Shown here in pieces: positions 1 through 11,207 of a stretch of DNA of 64,000 nt; the first letter of the stretch is position 1; every line of letters begins with the position of its first letter. A program made the translations under genes and the position numbers. Below the pieces are notes generated by a model that saw nothing but the letters and a program-made list of their open reading frames with translations, was not told the origin of the DNA and searched no databases. Origin of the DNA: an uncultured Actinomycetota bacterium (GTDB taxonomy: Bacteria > Actinomycetota > Actinomycetes > Propionibacteriales > Nocardioidaceae); NCBI GenBank assembly GCA_963742195.1, contig CAVULA010000008.1, positions 127,604-191,603 of the forward strand, in the 5' to 3' direction.

Positions 1-268
1 CCACTACGACGCGATGTATCCCGCCCGGGCGGTGGTCAACCGGACGCTGGGCTCCGAGCGCGTCTTCGGCTTCGGTACGGCGACGGCCAGCGTGGCGCCG
101 TACGCCGACCTCTTCACCGAGCTGAGGCACGGCCCTGAGGGCTGGCAGTACGCGGCTCCCCGGGTCTTCGACGCCACCGTGCCGCTCGTCACGACCTGGC
201 TGCCCGGCGACGTCGGCTGGTGGGTCCACGAGCCGTCGCTGCGCGACCGTTGGGGCGGAGCGGGCTAG
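1..268 (+). CDS. C-terminal part of hypothetical protein (5' end outside window)
   Basis: Open frame from the window edge with high-GC3 codons, ending TAG at 268 and converging on the kinase; no family recognised. Confidence 0.5.
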   Translation, partial: HYDAMYPARAVVNRTLGSERVFGFGTATASVAPYADLFTELRHGPEGWQYAAPRVFDATVPLVTTWLPGDVGWWVHEPSLRDRWGGAG

Positions 269-1284
269 GCCACCGGGGCCCGTTCGACGCGGCCGAACCC
301 GGCCCGGAGCCTCGCGTGCGCGGTGGACGGCGCCCCGATGCGGTCGAGCCCGAGCAGGGCAGCGCCCACGACGGGCGGCGTGCCCACCACCGTGGCCGAC
401 GCCCGTGGGGCCTGCTCGCGCAGCAGCCGCGTGATCTCGTCCATGAGCATCGCGTGCCCGGCGGTGAGGACGCCGCCGCCGAGAACCACGTCGAACTCCT
501 CGCCGAGGACGTCGAGCCGACGCATCGCCGCCACCGCGAGGGCCACGACCTCCGTGGCCTGGCGGCGGACGACGTCGGCGGCGATGGGGTCTCCCGCCGT
601 GGCGACTGCGAAGAGCACCGGGGTCAGCTCGAGGCACTCGGCCTCCGTGAGCCGGCCGAGGTGAACGGCCTCGATCAGCTCCGCCATGGTCTCCAGCCCG
701 ACGTGGCGGGGCAGCTCGGAGCGGAGCCGGGTCTCGGGTCCTCGACCGTCCTCGGCCCGCGCCGCCCACCACATCGCCTCCTGCCAGAGGGCTCCGCCGC
801 CTCCCCAGTCGCCGGAGATGTGACCGACCGCAGCGAACCGCACCGGCTCCCGACCGGGCGCCAGGCCCGAGCAGTTGATGCCGGCGCCGCAGACGACGGC
901 GATCCCGCGAGGCCCGTCGACGCCGGCCCGCAGGACGGCGAACGTGTCGTTGAAGACCTCGCTCGACTCGCCCCACCCCTGACCCGCGACGGCGGTCTCG
1001 AGCGCGTGCTGCTCCGTCGGCAGGTCGGCATTGGCCAGACAGGCGGACACGTGGCGCACCACCGGACCGCGGTCCAGGTCGAGACCCGCCTCCGCGACGG
1101 CAGCGCGGACGAGCGGGGCCAGCCCGCGGACGGCGGTCTCCGCGCCCACCCGGTGCGGCACGAACGGGCCACCGCGCGCGGTGCCGACGACGCGTCCGTC
1201 CGGTGCGACCAGCGCGACGTCGGTCTTGCTGTTGCCCGCGTCCACCGCGAGGACCCCCGCGGTCGGGCTCGTCGTCGTGCTCAT
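265..1284 (-). CDS. csnK: BadF/BadG/BcrA/BcrD-family sugar (GlcN/GlcNAc) kinase
   Basis: AVDAGNSKTD, VFNDT, CGAGIN and GDWGGG motifs; last gene of a csn-type operon. Confidence 0.8.
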   Translation of the reverse strand: MSTTTSPTAGVLAVDAGNSKTDVALVAPDGRVVGTARGGPFVPHRVGAETAVRGLAPLVRAAVAEAGLDLDRGPVVRHVSACLANADLPTEQHALETAVAGQGWGESSEVFNDTFAVLRAGVDGPRGIAVVCGAGINCSGLAPGREPVRFAAVGHISGDWGGGGALWQEAMWWAARAEDGRGPETRLRSELPRHVGLETMAELIEAVHLGRLTEAECLELTPVLFAVATAGDPIAADVVRRQATEVVALAVAAMRRLDVLGEEFDVVLGGGVLTAGHAMLMDEITRLLREQAPRASATVVGTPPVVGAALLGLDRIGAPSTAHARLRAGFGRVERAPVA

Positions 1285-1285
1285 G

Positions 1286-2561
1286 TCACGCCCACGCGAG
1301 GTGGTCGCGGTTGTGCGCCACCAGGCGGTCGGTGAGGCCGGCCGCCCGGTCGACCTGGCCGACCAGGGGGTGGGCGAGCAGGGCCTGGAAGACCCGCTCC
1401 CGGCCGCCGTGGAGCGCGGCCTCCAGCGCGAGGTCCTCGTACGCCGACACGTGCGCCACCAGCCCGGCGTACAGAGGGGCGAGCGGGTCGACCGGGAGGG
1501 GCCGTACGCCGGCGCGGTCGACGTGAGCCGGCACCTCGATGACGGCGTCGTCGGAGAGGAACGGCAGGGTGCCGTCGTTGCGCAGGTTGACCACCTGGGT
1601 CGACCCGGCGCCGCCGGTGCCGAGCAGCGCCGCCGCCAGCTGCACCGCGGCCTCGGAGTAGTAGGCGCCTCCTCGCTGCTCGAGCAGCGCCGGCTTGCGG
1701 TCGAGCGTCGGGTCCTCGTACATGCGCAGCAGCTCGTGCTCGATCGCGGTCACCTGCGACGCACGCGACTCGGTGGTCATCAGCTCGCGCACCACCTCGT
1801 CGTGGGCGTAGTAGTAGCGCAGGTAGTACGACGGGACGACGCCCAGCTGCTGGAGCAGGGTCGGCGGGCAGCTCGATGTCGTCGGCCAGGTCGGCGACGT
1901 GACCGGCCAGGATCTCGGGCAGCCGGTCGACGCCGTCCACCCGCGCCGCGCGCTCCCAGGTCAGGTGGTTGAGCCCGACGTGGTCGAGCTCCACCCGGTC
2001 GGGCTCGACCCCGAGGTAGTCGGCGAAGCGGCGCTGGAACCCGATCGCCACGTTGCACAGCCCGACGGCCCGGTGACCCGCCTGGAGCAGGGCGCGGGTG
2101 ACGATGCCGACCGGGTTGGTGAAGTCGATGATCCAGGCGTCCGGGGCCGCGGTCGCCACCTGCTCGGCGATGTCGAGCACGACCGGGACGGTGCGCAGCG
2201 CCTTGGCCAGACCACCGGCGCCGGTCGTCTCCTGACCGACGCAGCCGCATTCGAGCGGCCAGGTCTCGTCCTGGTGACGCGCAGCCTGGCCACCGACACG
2301 CAGCTGGAGCAGCACGGCGTCGGCGCCGTCCAGAGCCGGGGCCAGCTCGGTGGTCGTGGTCAGGGTCGCCGGGTGGTCGAGCCGCTGGAGGATCCGTCGC
2401 CCGAAGGCGCCCACCAGCTCGAGCCGCGTCTGGTCGGGATCGACCAGCACCAGCTCTTCGACCGGCAGCGCCTCCTGGAGCCGGCCGAAGCCGTCGACCA
2501 GCTCAGGGGTGTACGTCGAGCCGCCGCCGACGACGACGATCTTCGTGCGGGTGGTGCTCAT
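1286..2561 (-). CDS. csnH: GH4 glycoside hydrolase (6-phospho-beta-glucosidase-like), frameshift near 1860
   Basis: KIVVVGGGSTYTPEL, GQETTGAGG, FTNP, GLCN, GLNH and RGGAYYSEAA motifs across two frames. Confidence 0.88.
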
Positions 2562-3442
2562 CCCTTGACTCCTGTCAGGGTGACGCCTTCGATGAAGGCC
2601 TTCTGGGCCAGGAAGAACAGCAGGATCACCGGTGCCATCACCATCACGGTGGCGGCCATGGTGAGGTTCCAGTTCGTGTGGTGGGCGCTCTTGAACGACT
2701 GCAGCCCGTAGCTGAGGGTCCAGGCCGCCGGGTTCTCGCTGGTGTAGATCTGCGGGCCGAAGTAGTCGTTCCAGCAGTAGAAGAACTGGAACAGCCCGAC
2801 CGCGGCGATCGCCGGCCGGGTCATCGGCAGCATGATCCGCAGCAGCACCCTGAGGTCGCTGCAGCCGTCGACCTTGGCCGCCTCGAGGTACTCCCGCGGC
2901 ACGGTCAGGAAGAACTGACGGAGCAGGAAGATCGAGAACGCGTCGCCGAAGCCCATGGGGATGATCAGCGGCCAGAGGGTGCCGGTGAGGTGGAAGTCCT
3001 GGGCCCAGACCAGGTAGAGGGGGATGATCGCGACCTGCGGCGGCAGCATCATCGTCGCGATCACCACCATCATCGCGACGTTGCGGCCGCGGAAGCGGAA
3101 ACAGGCCAGGGCGTAGGCGACCGGCACGCTGGAGACCAGCGTGAGGGCGGTGCCCAGCACGGCGTACACGATCGTGTTGCGCCACCAGGTCGCGAAGCCC
3201 GGTGTCTGCCAGACCGACACGAGGTTGTGCCACACGAAGGGGTCCGGCCACAGCTGCCGGGTCAGCGACTGCTGGTCGCTCATCAGGGCCTCGAGGCAGA
3301 TGAAGACGAACGGCAGCACGAAGACCAACCCCGCGGTGACCGCCCAGATGTGCAGGGCGACCCACTCCAGCGTGATCCGGCGCTTGCGGCTCGCGGGCGC
3401 GGTGGCGACGACCGTGCTCGGCGTACGGGTGAGGGTGGTCAT
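2558..3442 (-). CDS. csnG: Carbohydrate ABC transporter permease
   Basis: Multiple TM segments; EAAKVDGC EAA loop; WNDYFGP. Confidence 0.9.
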   Translation of the reverse strand: MTTLTRTPSTVVATAPASRKRRITLEWVALHIWAVTAGLVFVLPFVFICLEALMSDQQSLTRQLWPDPFVWHNLVSVWQTPGFATWWRNTIVYAVLGTALTLVSSVPVAYALACFRFRGRNVAMMVVIATMMLPPQVAIIPLYLVWAQDFHLTGTLWPLIIPMGFGDAFSIFLLRQFFLTVPREYLEAAKVDGCSDLRVLLRIMLPMTRPAIAAVGLFQFFYCWNDYFGPQIYTSENPAAWTLSYGLQSFKSAHHTNWNLTMAATVMVMAPVILLFFLAQKAFIEGVTLTGVKG

Positions 3443-4398
3443 TCGTTGCTCCCCAGGAAGACGCTGCCGCGACGCATCAGGAGGGTCGCGAAGACCATGG
3501 ACAGCACGAAGAGGACGATCGCGATGACGCAGGCGGCGCCGATGTCGAAGCGCTGGAAGCCGAGGTTGTAGACCAGCTGCGGCAGCGTCAAGGTCGAGCC
3601 GTCGGGGTACCCGGGCTCCACCTGTTGGCCGGAGCCGCCGATCTGGCCGCTCGCGACCTGCCCCGCGACCAAGGGCTCGGTGTAGTACTGCATCGTCGCG
3701 ATCACGCCGGTGATGAGCGCGAAGCCGATGATCGGACGCAGCGTCGGCAGGGTCACGTGGCGGAACCGCCGGACCTTGCCGGCGCCGTCCAGCTCGGCCG
3801 CCTCGTAGAGCTCACGGGGTACGTCGAGCAGCGCGGCCATGAAGATCACCATCAGGTCGCCGACCCCCCAGATCGCGAGAAGGGTCAGGGCCGGCTTCGA
3901 CCAGGCGGGATCGTTGAACCAGCCGGGCTGGGGCAGGCCGAGCTTGCCGAGGATCGAGTTGACCGGTCCGGTGCCGGGGTTGAGCAGGAAGACGAACGCC
4001 AGCGTCGCCGCCACCGGGGGAGCGAGGTAGGGCGCGTAGAAGATCGTCCGCAGCGTCGAGCTGCCCCGCTTGACCGCGATGACGGTCATCCCGAGCGTCA
4101 GGCCGGTGACGAGGCGCAGCGTCACCAGCACCACCACGAACCAGAGCGTGTTGCGCAGCGCCGGCCAGAAGAACGGGTAGTCGTGGAAGACGTAGTGCCA
4201 GTTCTCCCAGCCGCTCCACACCGGTGAGGTGAAGCCGTCGTAGTGGGTGAACGACAGCCACGCGGTGGTCACGAGCGGGTAGATGAAGAACAACCCCGTC
4301 CCCAGCAGCCACGGCGACAGGAACGCCAGGTTTCGCCAGAGCTCTCGCCGTCGCCGTGCCCCGAGCGTGGGGCTCCTCGTCGTCGTCGCTGTGCTCAC
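3439..4398 (-). CDS. csnF: Carbohydrate ABC transporter permease
   Basis: TM segments; ELYEAAELDGAG EAA loop. Confidence 0.9.
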   Translation of the reverse strand: MSTATTTRSPTLGARRRRELWRNLAFLSPWLLGTGLFFIYPLVTTAWLSFTHYDGFTSPVWSGWENWHYVFHDYPFFWPALRNTLWFVVVLVTLRLVTGLTLGMTVIAVKRGSSTLRTIFYAPYLAPPVAATLAFVFLLNPGTGPVNSILGKLGLPQPGWFNDPAWSKPALTLLAIWGVGDLMVIFMAALLDVPRELYEAAELDGAGKVRRFRHVTLPTLRPIIGFALITGVIATMQYYTEPLVAGQVASGQIGGSGQQVEPGYPDGSTLTLPQLVYNLGFQRFDIGAACVIAIVLFVLSMVFATLLMRRGSVFLGSNE

Positions 4399-4411
4399 CG
4401 GTGCCCGACTC

Positions 4412-5756
4412 TCACTGCGCCTGGGCGATGTCGGTGTCGATCTGCTTGGCGGCGGCGTCGAGACCGGCCTGCAGGTCGGTCAGCTTGCCCGACTCGAAGG
4501 CGTAGCCGAGGTTCTGCAGGGTGAGCTGGTAGGCGCCACCGTTGGGGCTGGACGGCGTGGTGTTGCTGTTCGGGTTCTGCGCGATCTTGATGAACGTCTG
4601 GAAGCTCGGGTCCTGGCTGAGGTCCGGGGAGGCGAGGGCTGCGTTGGTCGACGGCACGTTGTGGATGGCGTTGGAGAAGTTCACGACCGCGTCGGTGTCG
4701 GTGGTCAGGTACTTCACGAACTCCCACGCGGCGTTCTGCTTCTGGCTCGTGCTCGCGATGCCAACGATGGTGCCGGTGATGTAGCCCTTGCCGTACTGGT
4801 CGGCCATGCCGTCGGGCACCGGGAACGGGGCCACGGCGTAGTCGACCGTGCTCTTCGAGTCGTCGATCATGCCGAAGCGCCACTCGCCGTCGATGGCCAT
4901 CGCGACCTGGCCGACCATGAACGGGTTGTTGTTGCCCCACTCGTCACCGAACGTCGTGCGGTACTTGTCGAGACGGGAGAAGCCGCCGAGCTTGGCGACC
5001 AGCGCTTTCTGCCAGCGGTACGCCGACGCGAGCGGGGGATCGGTGGCGACGTTGGACTTCCCGTCGGAGGTGAAGTAGGTCGGCGAGAACTGCGCCGCGA
5101 AGTGGGACAGGCTCGACTCGTAGCCGTGGTACAGCGGCATGAAGCCCAGCTGGGAGTAGCTGTCGCCGGAGATCTTGGTCAGCTTCACCGCGTCGGCGTC
5201 GAACTGCGACAGCGTCTTGGGCGGGCTCGTGATGCCGGCCGCCTCGAACATCGCCTTGTTGTAGTAGAGCCCGTAGGCGTCGCTGAGCAGCGGCAGCGCG
5301 CACTGGTCGCCGTCGAACTGGGTGTAGGAGAGCTGGGGTGCCGGGAACGTCGAGGTCGGGTCGATCCCGGACTTCGCCAGGAAGGGGGCGAGGTCGACGA
5401 AGGCGTGCGAGGTGCAGAACTCGCCCACGTTGTCGGTCGTGAACGACGACACCACGTCGGGGGCGTGGGAGCCGCCGGCCCGCAGCGCCTGGTTGATCTT
5501 GTCGTCGGTGATGTTTCCGACGGGCTTCACGTGGATGTTGGGATGCACCTTCTCGAAGGCGTCGATGGTCGACTGGATGGCGGCAACCTCGTTGGGTGCG
5601 CTCCAGCCGTGCCAGAACGTGATCGTCACGTCGGCGTCGGGGTTGTCGTTCGCCCCGCCCTGCGACGAGCCGAAGCAGGCCGGTGAGGGCGAGGGCGAGA
5701 GCCGCCGAGAGGGCGCCTCCGGCGAGCCGGCGACGCAGGCTTGGGTGTCGGATCAT
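4412..5756 (-). CDS. csnE: Sugar ABC transporter substrate-binding lipoprotein, frameshift near 5680
   Basis: Signal peptide and lipobox LALTAC after frame repair; ITFWHGW, GLYYNK, AAWEFVKYL. Confidence 0.88.
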
Positions 5757-6970
5757 CGTGTTCTCCTGGTGACGGGCCGGGCGCTGCCCGGGCTGGCGTG
5801 GTGCCGGACGGTGTCGAAGACGTCGTCCCGAGCTGCGGTGAGGGCGGTGTGCAGGGCGCCGGTGAGCACCGGCGTCTCGCGGACGGCGGCGAGCTCGAGG
5901 CGCGGGCGAGTGGCGGCCAGCGACCCGAGCTCGTCGGCGACAGCGGCGCGGAGGCGGTCACCTCCGGCGAGTCCGATGTCCCCCGAGATCACCACGAGGG
6001 TCGGGTCGAGGACGGCGACGACGGACGCGATGCCGACCGCGAGCCGGTGGCCCAGGGTCGCCAGGAGCTCGTCGCCGGCGCCCGGGGTCGCGAGTGCGGC
6101 TCGGACGGCAGCCGGTGCGCCGCCTGCCCGCAGGCCGAGCGAGCGGGCCAGGGAGAGGACAGCCGGCCCGCCGGCCAGCTCCTGGAACGCGCCGGCGTTG
6201 CCACGTCGTACGTCGCGCACCAGCGGGGTGCCGGGGAGCGGGAGGTAGGCCACCTCGCCGGCGCCTCCGGTGGCGCCGACGCGGACCCGCCCGTCCAGCA
6301 CGATCGCGGCCCCGAGCCCGTCGTCCACCCACAGGAGGACGAAGTCCTGCACCCCGCGCGCGACACCCGACGTGAGCTCGGCGACGGCAGCCAGGTTGAC
6401 GTCGTTGTCGACGTGGATGGGGACACCGACCTCGTCGGCCAGGCGCTCCAGCAGGTCCGGATCGTGCCAGCCGGGCAGGTGCCGGGCGTAGCGCAGGCGG
6501 CGCGTCGCAGGGTCGAACGCGCCCGGAGTGCCGATCGCGAGGTGACGCAGGCTCGAGACCGGGAGCCCGGCGGACGTGGCGGCTCCGGTCATCGCCTGGA
6601 CGACGTTGTGCACGGCATCCGGTCGCGGACGGCGCGTCGTGCCGAGCTCGTACTCCCCGACGGTGCGCCCGGTGATGTCGGCGACGGCGGCGAGGATCCG
6701 GGCGGGGGTCACGTCGAGCGCGACCACGTGCGCGGCGTCCGGGTTCACGGCGTAGAGCTGGGCGCGCGGGCCGGGGCCCCCGTTGGTGCTGCCGCTCGTG
6801 ATGACCAGCCCGGTCTCCTCGAGCCGGGTGAGCAGCTGACCGGTGGTCGGCTTCGACAGCCCGGTGAGGTCGCCGAGCTGGGACCGGGAGAGGGGTCCGT
6901 GCTCGACCAGGAGCTCGAGGGCGGCGCGATCGTTGATGCCGCGGAGGACCCGAGGGCTGCCGGCGGTCAC
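5753..6970 (-). CDS. csnR: ROK-family transcriptional repressor
   Basis: N-terminal HTH (SRSQLGDLTGLSKPT); DNDVN and GAGEV ROK motifs; heads the operon next to a CsnR box. Confidence 0.88.
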   Translation of the reverse strand: MTAGSPRVLRGINDRAALELLVEHGPLSRSQLGDLTGLSKPTTGQLLTRLEETGLVITSGSTNGGPGPRAQLYAVNPDAAHVVALDVTPARILAAVADITGRTVGEYELGTTRRPRPDAVHNVVQAMTGAATSAGLPVSSLRHLAIGTPGAFDPATRRLRYARHLPGWHDPDLLERLADEVGVPIHVDNDVNLAAVAELTSGVARGVQDFVLLWVDDGLGAAIVLDGRVRVGATGGAGEVAYLPLPGTPLVRDVRRGNAGAFQELAGGPAVLSLARSLGLRAGGAPAAVRAALATPGAGDELLATLGHRLAVGIASVVAVLDPTLVVISGDIGLAGGDRLRAAVADELGSLAATRPRLELAAVRETPVLTGALHTALTAARDDVFDTVRHHASPGSARPVTRRTR

Positions 6971-7025
6971 CGGGCGGCGCCCCTACGTGCCCTGGTCGTG
7001 CTTGCCATCGGTCCTCATCATCAGA

Positions 7026-7040
7026 TAGGAAAGTTTCCTA
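7026..7040. promoter_or_regulatory. CsnR-type operator TAGGAAAGTTTCCTA
   Basis: Perfect palindrome matching the AGGAAANTTTCCT CsnR consensus of Streptomyces; lies between divergent csnR and nagB, next to -10-like TACTTT. Confidence 0.85.
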
Positions 7041-7118
7041 ATACTTTGCCCGACCATCACGGGTGGGCGCAAGAGACCTCGCTGATCGGGTTCCTCACGA
7101 CCTTGGGAAGGCAGTGAC

Positions 7119-7892
7119 ATGGACGTGACCGTCGTCGGGGACCCGGAGTCCGTCGGCCGTCGCGCCGCCGCGCTGGTCCTCGAGGGGCTGGGCGCGGACC
7201 CAGCGCTGGTGCTCGGCGTGGCCACCGGGTCGTCGCCCGTGTCGACGTACCGCGCGCTCGCGGAGGCGCGGCGCGGAGGGACGGACTTCTCGCGGGTGCG
7301 GGTCGTCGCCCTGGACGAGTACGTCGGGCTCCCCGAGACAGATTGCCGCTCCTACCACGCCTTCGTGTGGCGCGAGATCGCGCAGCCGCTCGGGATCCCC
7401 AGCGAGAACGTCCTCGTCCCCGACGGCAACGCGCCCGATCCCGAGGTCGCCTGCGCAGCGTTCGAGGAGGCCCTGCGCGCGTGGGGAGGCACGGGGATCC
7501 AGCTCCTCGGCATCGGCCGCAACGGGCACGTCGGCTTCAACGAGCCGGGCTCGGCCCTCGACTCCCGGACCCGCCGGTCGGCGCTGAGCGAGACCACGAG
7601 GGCGGACAACGCACGCTTCTTCCCGCGGCCCGAGGACGTCCCGGCGTACTGCCTGACGCAGGGGGTGGGCACCATCGCGGAAGCTCGGACGATCGTGCTG
7701 GTCGCGTCGGGTCCGCACAAGGCCGCGGCGGTGGCGGCCGCGGTGGAGGGGCCGGTGACGGAGGCGTGTCCCGCGTCGTTCCTCCAGCGGCACCCGGACG
7801 CGACGATGGTCCTGGACCCCGGAGCCGCGGCCGGGCTGGCCGGTCGTCGGGTGAGTGGGCCGACCGGCCACGGTAGGTCCCGGCCGGCCTGA
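7119..7892 (+). CDS. nagB: Glucosamine-6-phosphate deaminase
   Basis: LGVATGSSP, LDEYVGL and LGIGRNGHVGFNEPGS motifs. Confidence 0.95.
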   Translation: MDVTVVGDPESVGRRAAALVLEGLGADPALVLGVATGSSPVSTYRALAEARRGGTDFSRVRVVALDEYVGLPETDCRSYHAFVWREIAQPLGIPSENVLVPDGNAPDPEVACAAFEEALRAWGGTGIQLLGIGRNGHVGFNEPGSALDSRTRRSALSETTRADNARFFPRPEDVPAYCLTQGVGTIAEARTIVLVASGPHKAAAVAAAVEGPVTEACPASFLQRHPDATMVLDPGAAAGLAGRRVSGPTGHGRSRPA

Positions 7893-7949
7893 CGCACTGA
7901 CGACGGCCGCAGTTGTCGTCCGGCCGGGGGAAGGGCGTAGCCTGCCGGT

Positions 7950-8065
7950 GATCACATCCCAGTTACGCCCGTGGTGGGGGAAGCCGGTCCGAGTCCGGCG
8001 CTGACCCGCAACCGTAGGCCGTGCTCGAGCTTGAGCACGGTGAGCCGGAACACCCGCCGCGACGC
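7950..8065 (+). ncRNA. Cobalamin riboswitch
   Basis: GGGGAAGCCGGT-CCGAGT-CCGGCGCTGACCCGCAACCGT ... GAGCCGGAACACCCGCC B12-box pattern upstream of an ECF operon; boundaries approximate. Confidence 0.88.
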
Positions 8066-8151
8066 GTTCCGAACACACGCTGTCGTGGAAAGCAGCGGGT
8101 GGGCCCGCCCGATCATCGGCGCCTTCCCGCTGTCGCAGCGGGAAGGAAGCA

Positions 8152-9258
8152 ATGTCTCTCGTCCATCGCGCCTCAGTGGCGCTGCTCTCGGCCGCCCTGG
8201 CGGTCTCGCTCGTCTCCGTCGGTGGCCACGCCCAGGCCGCAGCGCCGTCCTCGCCGGCCGGTCACGGCGCCACCTGGCTGGCCGGCCAGCTCACAGCCGG
8301 GGGCCTGATCCACAACAAGCAGTACGACTTCGACGACTACGGGCTGACCGCGGACACCGGCCTCGCGCTCGACACGATCGGCGGCCAGCGGGCCGCCGTC
8401 CGCTCGCTCCGCAAGGCCCTGGCGCGGCACGTCGACAGCTACACGACCGGGGTCGACTTCGGTTCGCCCGCCGATCGGTACGCCGGCCCCATCGCCAAGC
8501 TCCTCGTCCTCGCCCAGAGCACCGGGGGAGGCGCTCGCGACTTCGGCGGGGCCAACCTGGTCCGGCAGCTCGCGGCCCGGGTCAGCACCACCGCGCCGAT
8601 CAAGGGCCGCATCGAGGACCGCTCGGGCTTCGGTGACAACGCCAACACCATCGGTCAGATCTTCGCGGTCCGTGGCCTCCTGCGGGCCTCCAGCCCGCTG
8701 GCGAGGCCGGCCTTGAGGTTCCTCCTGATGCAGCAGTGCGGCGGGGGATACCTCCGCCTCGACTTCCGCGCCGACAAGACCGCCCCGAACCAGGGCTGCA
8801 CCCCGAGGAGCACGGCCGACGCCGACGTCACGGCCCTGGCCGTGATCGAGCTGTGGCCGTTCCGGGAGCAGAGCGGCAGCCTCGTGAAGGCGCTCCGCGC
8901 GGCCAAGCACTGGCTCGTGCGACACCAGGGCGGCAACGGGAGCTTCGGCGGCGGAGGGCCGACCTCGGCGCCGAACACCAACAGCACCGGCCTGGCCGCC
9001 TGGGCGCTCGGCGTCGCGGGCCGGTGCGGCGCGGCAGCCGATGCCGCACGGTGGGTGAGCCGCCACCAGGTGGCCGGCTCGCTCTCCGGTACGCCGCTCG
9101 CGGGTGAGCGCGGTGCGATCGCCTACGACAACGCCGCCATGAAGGCTGCGGAGCAGGACGGCATCACCCAGGCCACCCGGGACCAGTGGCGGCGGGCCAC
9201 CGCGCAGGCCGCTCCGGGGCTGCGGTACCTGTCGACCGGCTTCTGCCGCAGCCACTGA
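8152..9258 (+). CDS. Secreted prenyltransferase/squalene-oxidase-repeat (alpha/alpha toroid) protein, putative B12-binding
   Basis: Sec signal peptide (AQA-A); WLxxxQxxxGSFG repeats, DADVTALA, NTNSTGLAA; first gene after the riboswitch. Confidence 0.7.
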   Translation: MSLVHRASVALLSAALAVSLVSVGGHAQAAAPSSPAGHGATWLAGQLTAGGLIHNKQYDFDDYGLTADTGLALDTIGGQRAAVRSLRKALARHVDSYTTGVDFGSPADRYAGPIAKLLVLAQSTGGGARDFGGANLVRQLAARVSTTAPIKGRIEDRSGFGDNANTIGQIFAVRGLLRASSPLARPALRFLLMQQCGGGYLRLDFRADKTAPNQGCTPRSTADADVTALAVIELWPFREQSGSLVKALRAAKHWLVRHQGGNGSFGGGGPTSAPNTNSTGLAAWALGVAGRCGAAADAARWVSRHQVAGSLSGTPLAGERGAIAYDNAAMKAAEQDGITQATRDQWRRATAQAAPGLRYLSTGFCRSH

Positions 9259-9262
9259 CCCG

Positions 9263-10106
9263 GTGACCCGTCACGTCGTACGCCTCGTCGCCGCGGTCCT
9301 CCTGACCGTGGCGGCGGGGCTCGGCGTGTCCGCGCCGGCCGGGGCCGCGACCTGCGGCTCCGCGCACGGTGTCACCGTGGTCGTCGACTTCCACGAGCTC
9401 GGCGGCGGAGCCCAGGCGGCCTGCGACGCCCAGGGGGGCGGCAAGGCCGCGGTCACCCAGCTGACGGACGTCGGTCACCGGCTGACCTACGTCCAGCGCC
9501 AGCCCGGGTTCGTCTGCCGGGTCGACGGCACGCCGGCCGGCGACCCCTGCGTCAACACGCCGCCCTCCGACGCCTACTGGTCGCTGTGGTGGTCGGACGG
9601 GATCTCCGGCCACTGGACCTACTCCTCGGCAGGAGTCGGCTCGCTCCAGGTTCCCGACGGCGGCTACGTCGCCCTGTCGTGGCAGGGCAGCGGCGACAAG
9701 GCAGCCCCACGGGTCGCCCCGACGGTGCACGCCGAGCCCGTCGCCCACCTCGTCTCCGACTGAGCACCCGGCGTCCGCACCGCCCGCGGGGCCGACGACC
9801 CCGCCCGCGACGTCCTCGTCACCGGCGAAGCCGACGTCGTCCGCAGCAGCCGGACCGACGCGGACGTCGTCGGCCACGGCCGGGGCCAGGCACCAGCACA
9901 CGAAGGGGCCTTCGGCCACGTCGACCACGACCGGCAGCGCCTCCCCGGCGGCCGAGCAGGCGACCGAGCCGCTGGACCGGTCGGCGTCGGACGCCGGCTC
10001 GGGCTCCGGACTCCCCGGCTGGCTCGCCCCGGTCCTGGTGGGCGCTCTCTTCCTGACCGCGGCGGCGGTGGCCGTCGTACGCCGGAAGCGCTCCGGCGGC
10101 GCCTGA
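9263..10106 (+). CDS. Secreted, C-terminally anchored SCO2322/DUF4430-like protein, frameshift near 9735
   Basis: Signal peptide; GVTVVVDF, FVCRVDG, AYWSLW; Ser/Thr/Pro linker; C-terminal TM helix plus RRKR. Confidence 0.7.
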
Positions 10107-11207
10107 TGCGCGCACGGCTCGCAGTCGCCCGACTGCCCCGGGACCTGCATCCCGTGGCGTGGTGGCTCTGGGCCGTCGGCCTCGCCGTGGCCGCGTCGTT
10201 CACCACCAACCCGTGGCTCCTCCTGCTCCTGATCGGCGTCGCCTGCCTGGCGGTCGCCGCCCGGCGCAGCGCCCAGCCGTGGGCCGACTCGTTCCGCCTC
10301 TACCTCTGGCTGGGGCTGTCCATCGTCGTCATCCGGGTCTTCTTCCGCGTCCTCGTGGGCGGGGGAGACGGTGGGCGGGTCCTGCTCGACGCTGCCCACC
10401 GTGCCGCTGCCCCACTGGACCCTCGGGCTCCGGCTGCTGGGCTCGGTCACCCAGGAGTCCCTGCTCTTCGGTCTCTACGACGGGCTCCGGCTCGCCACGA
10501 TCGTGATCTGCGTCGGCGCGGCGAACTCCCTCGCCAACCCCAAGCGCCTGCTCCGCTCGGTGCCGCCGGCCCTCTACGAGATCGGCAGCGCGCTCGTCGT
10601 CGCGATCACCATGCTGCCCCACCTGGCCGACAGCTTCCGCCGGGTCCGCGCGGCCCAGACGCTGCGGGGCGGCGACGGCGGGCGGGTCCGGGGGCTGCGG
10701 CGGCTGCTGGTCCCGGTCCTCGAGGACTCCCTCGAGCGGTCCCTCGCGCTGGCCGCGGGGATGGACACTCGCGGCTACGGCCGCACGGCCGGTGCCACCG
10801 CCCGCGAGCGGCGTACCACCGGAGGCCTGATGCTCCTCGGGCTGTGCGCGATCTGCGTCGGCGTCTACGGCGCGCTCGACCGGACCACGCCGCCGTGGGT
10901 GGGCACTCCCATGCTCGCGCTCGGGGCGGCGGTCTCGCTGGTGGCGGTCCGCGGGGCCGGCCGCCGCGTCGGCCGGTCCCGCTACCGCCCGGCTCCCTGG
11001 CTGTGGCCGGAGGGCGTGGTGGCCGCCTCCGGCGTGTCGGTCGCCCTCGCGGTCTGGTGGATCTCCCACCACCAGCTGAGCGTCGCCTACCCGGGCCTGA
11101 CCGTCGCACCCACCGTCAGCCTGGCGGCACTGGCCGCCGCCGGCGTCGCCCTCGGTGGTGCGCTGTGCGCGCCGCATCCCGCGGTCCCCCGCGGAGGTGG
11201 CGCGTGA
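10106..11207 (+). CDS. ECF transporter T component (CbiQ-like), frameshift near 10390
   Basis: LHPVAWWLW; TM helices; LALAAGMDTRGY conserved Arg motif. Confidence 0.85.
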
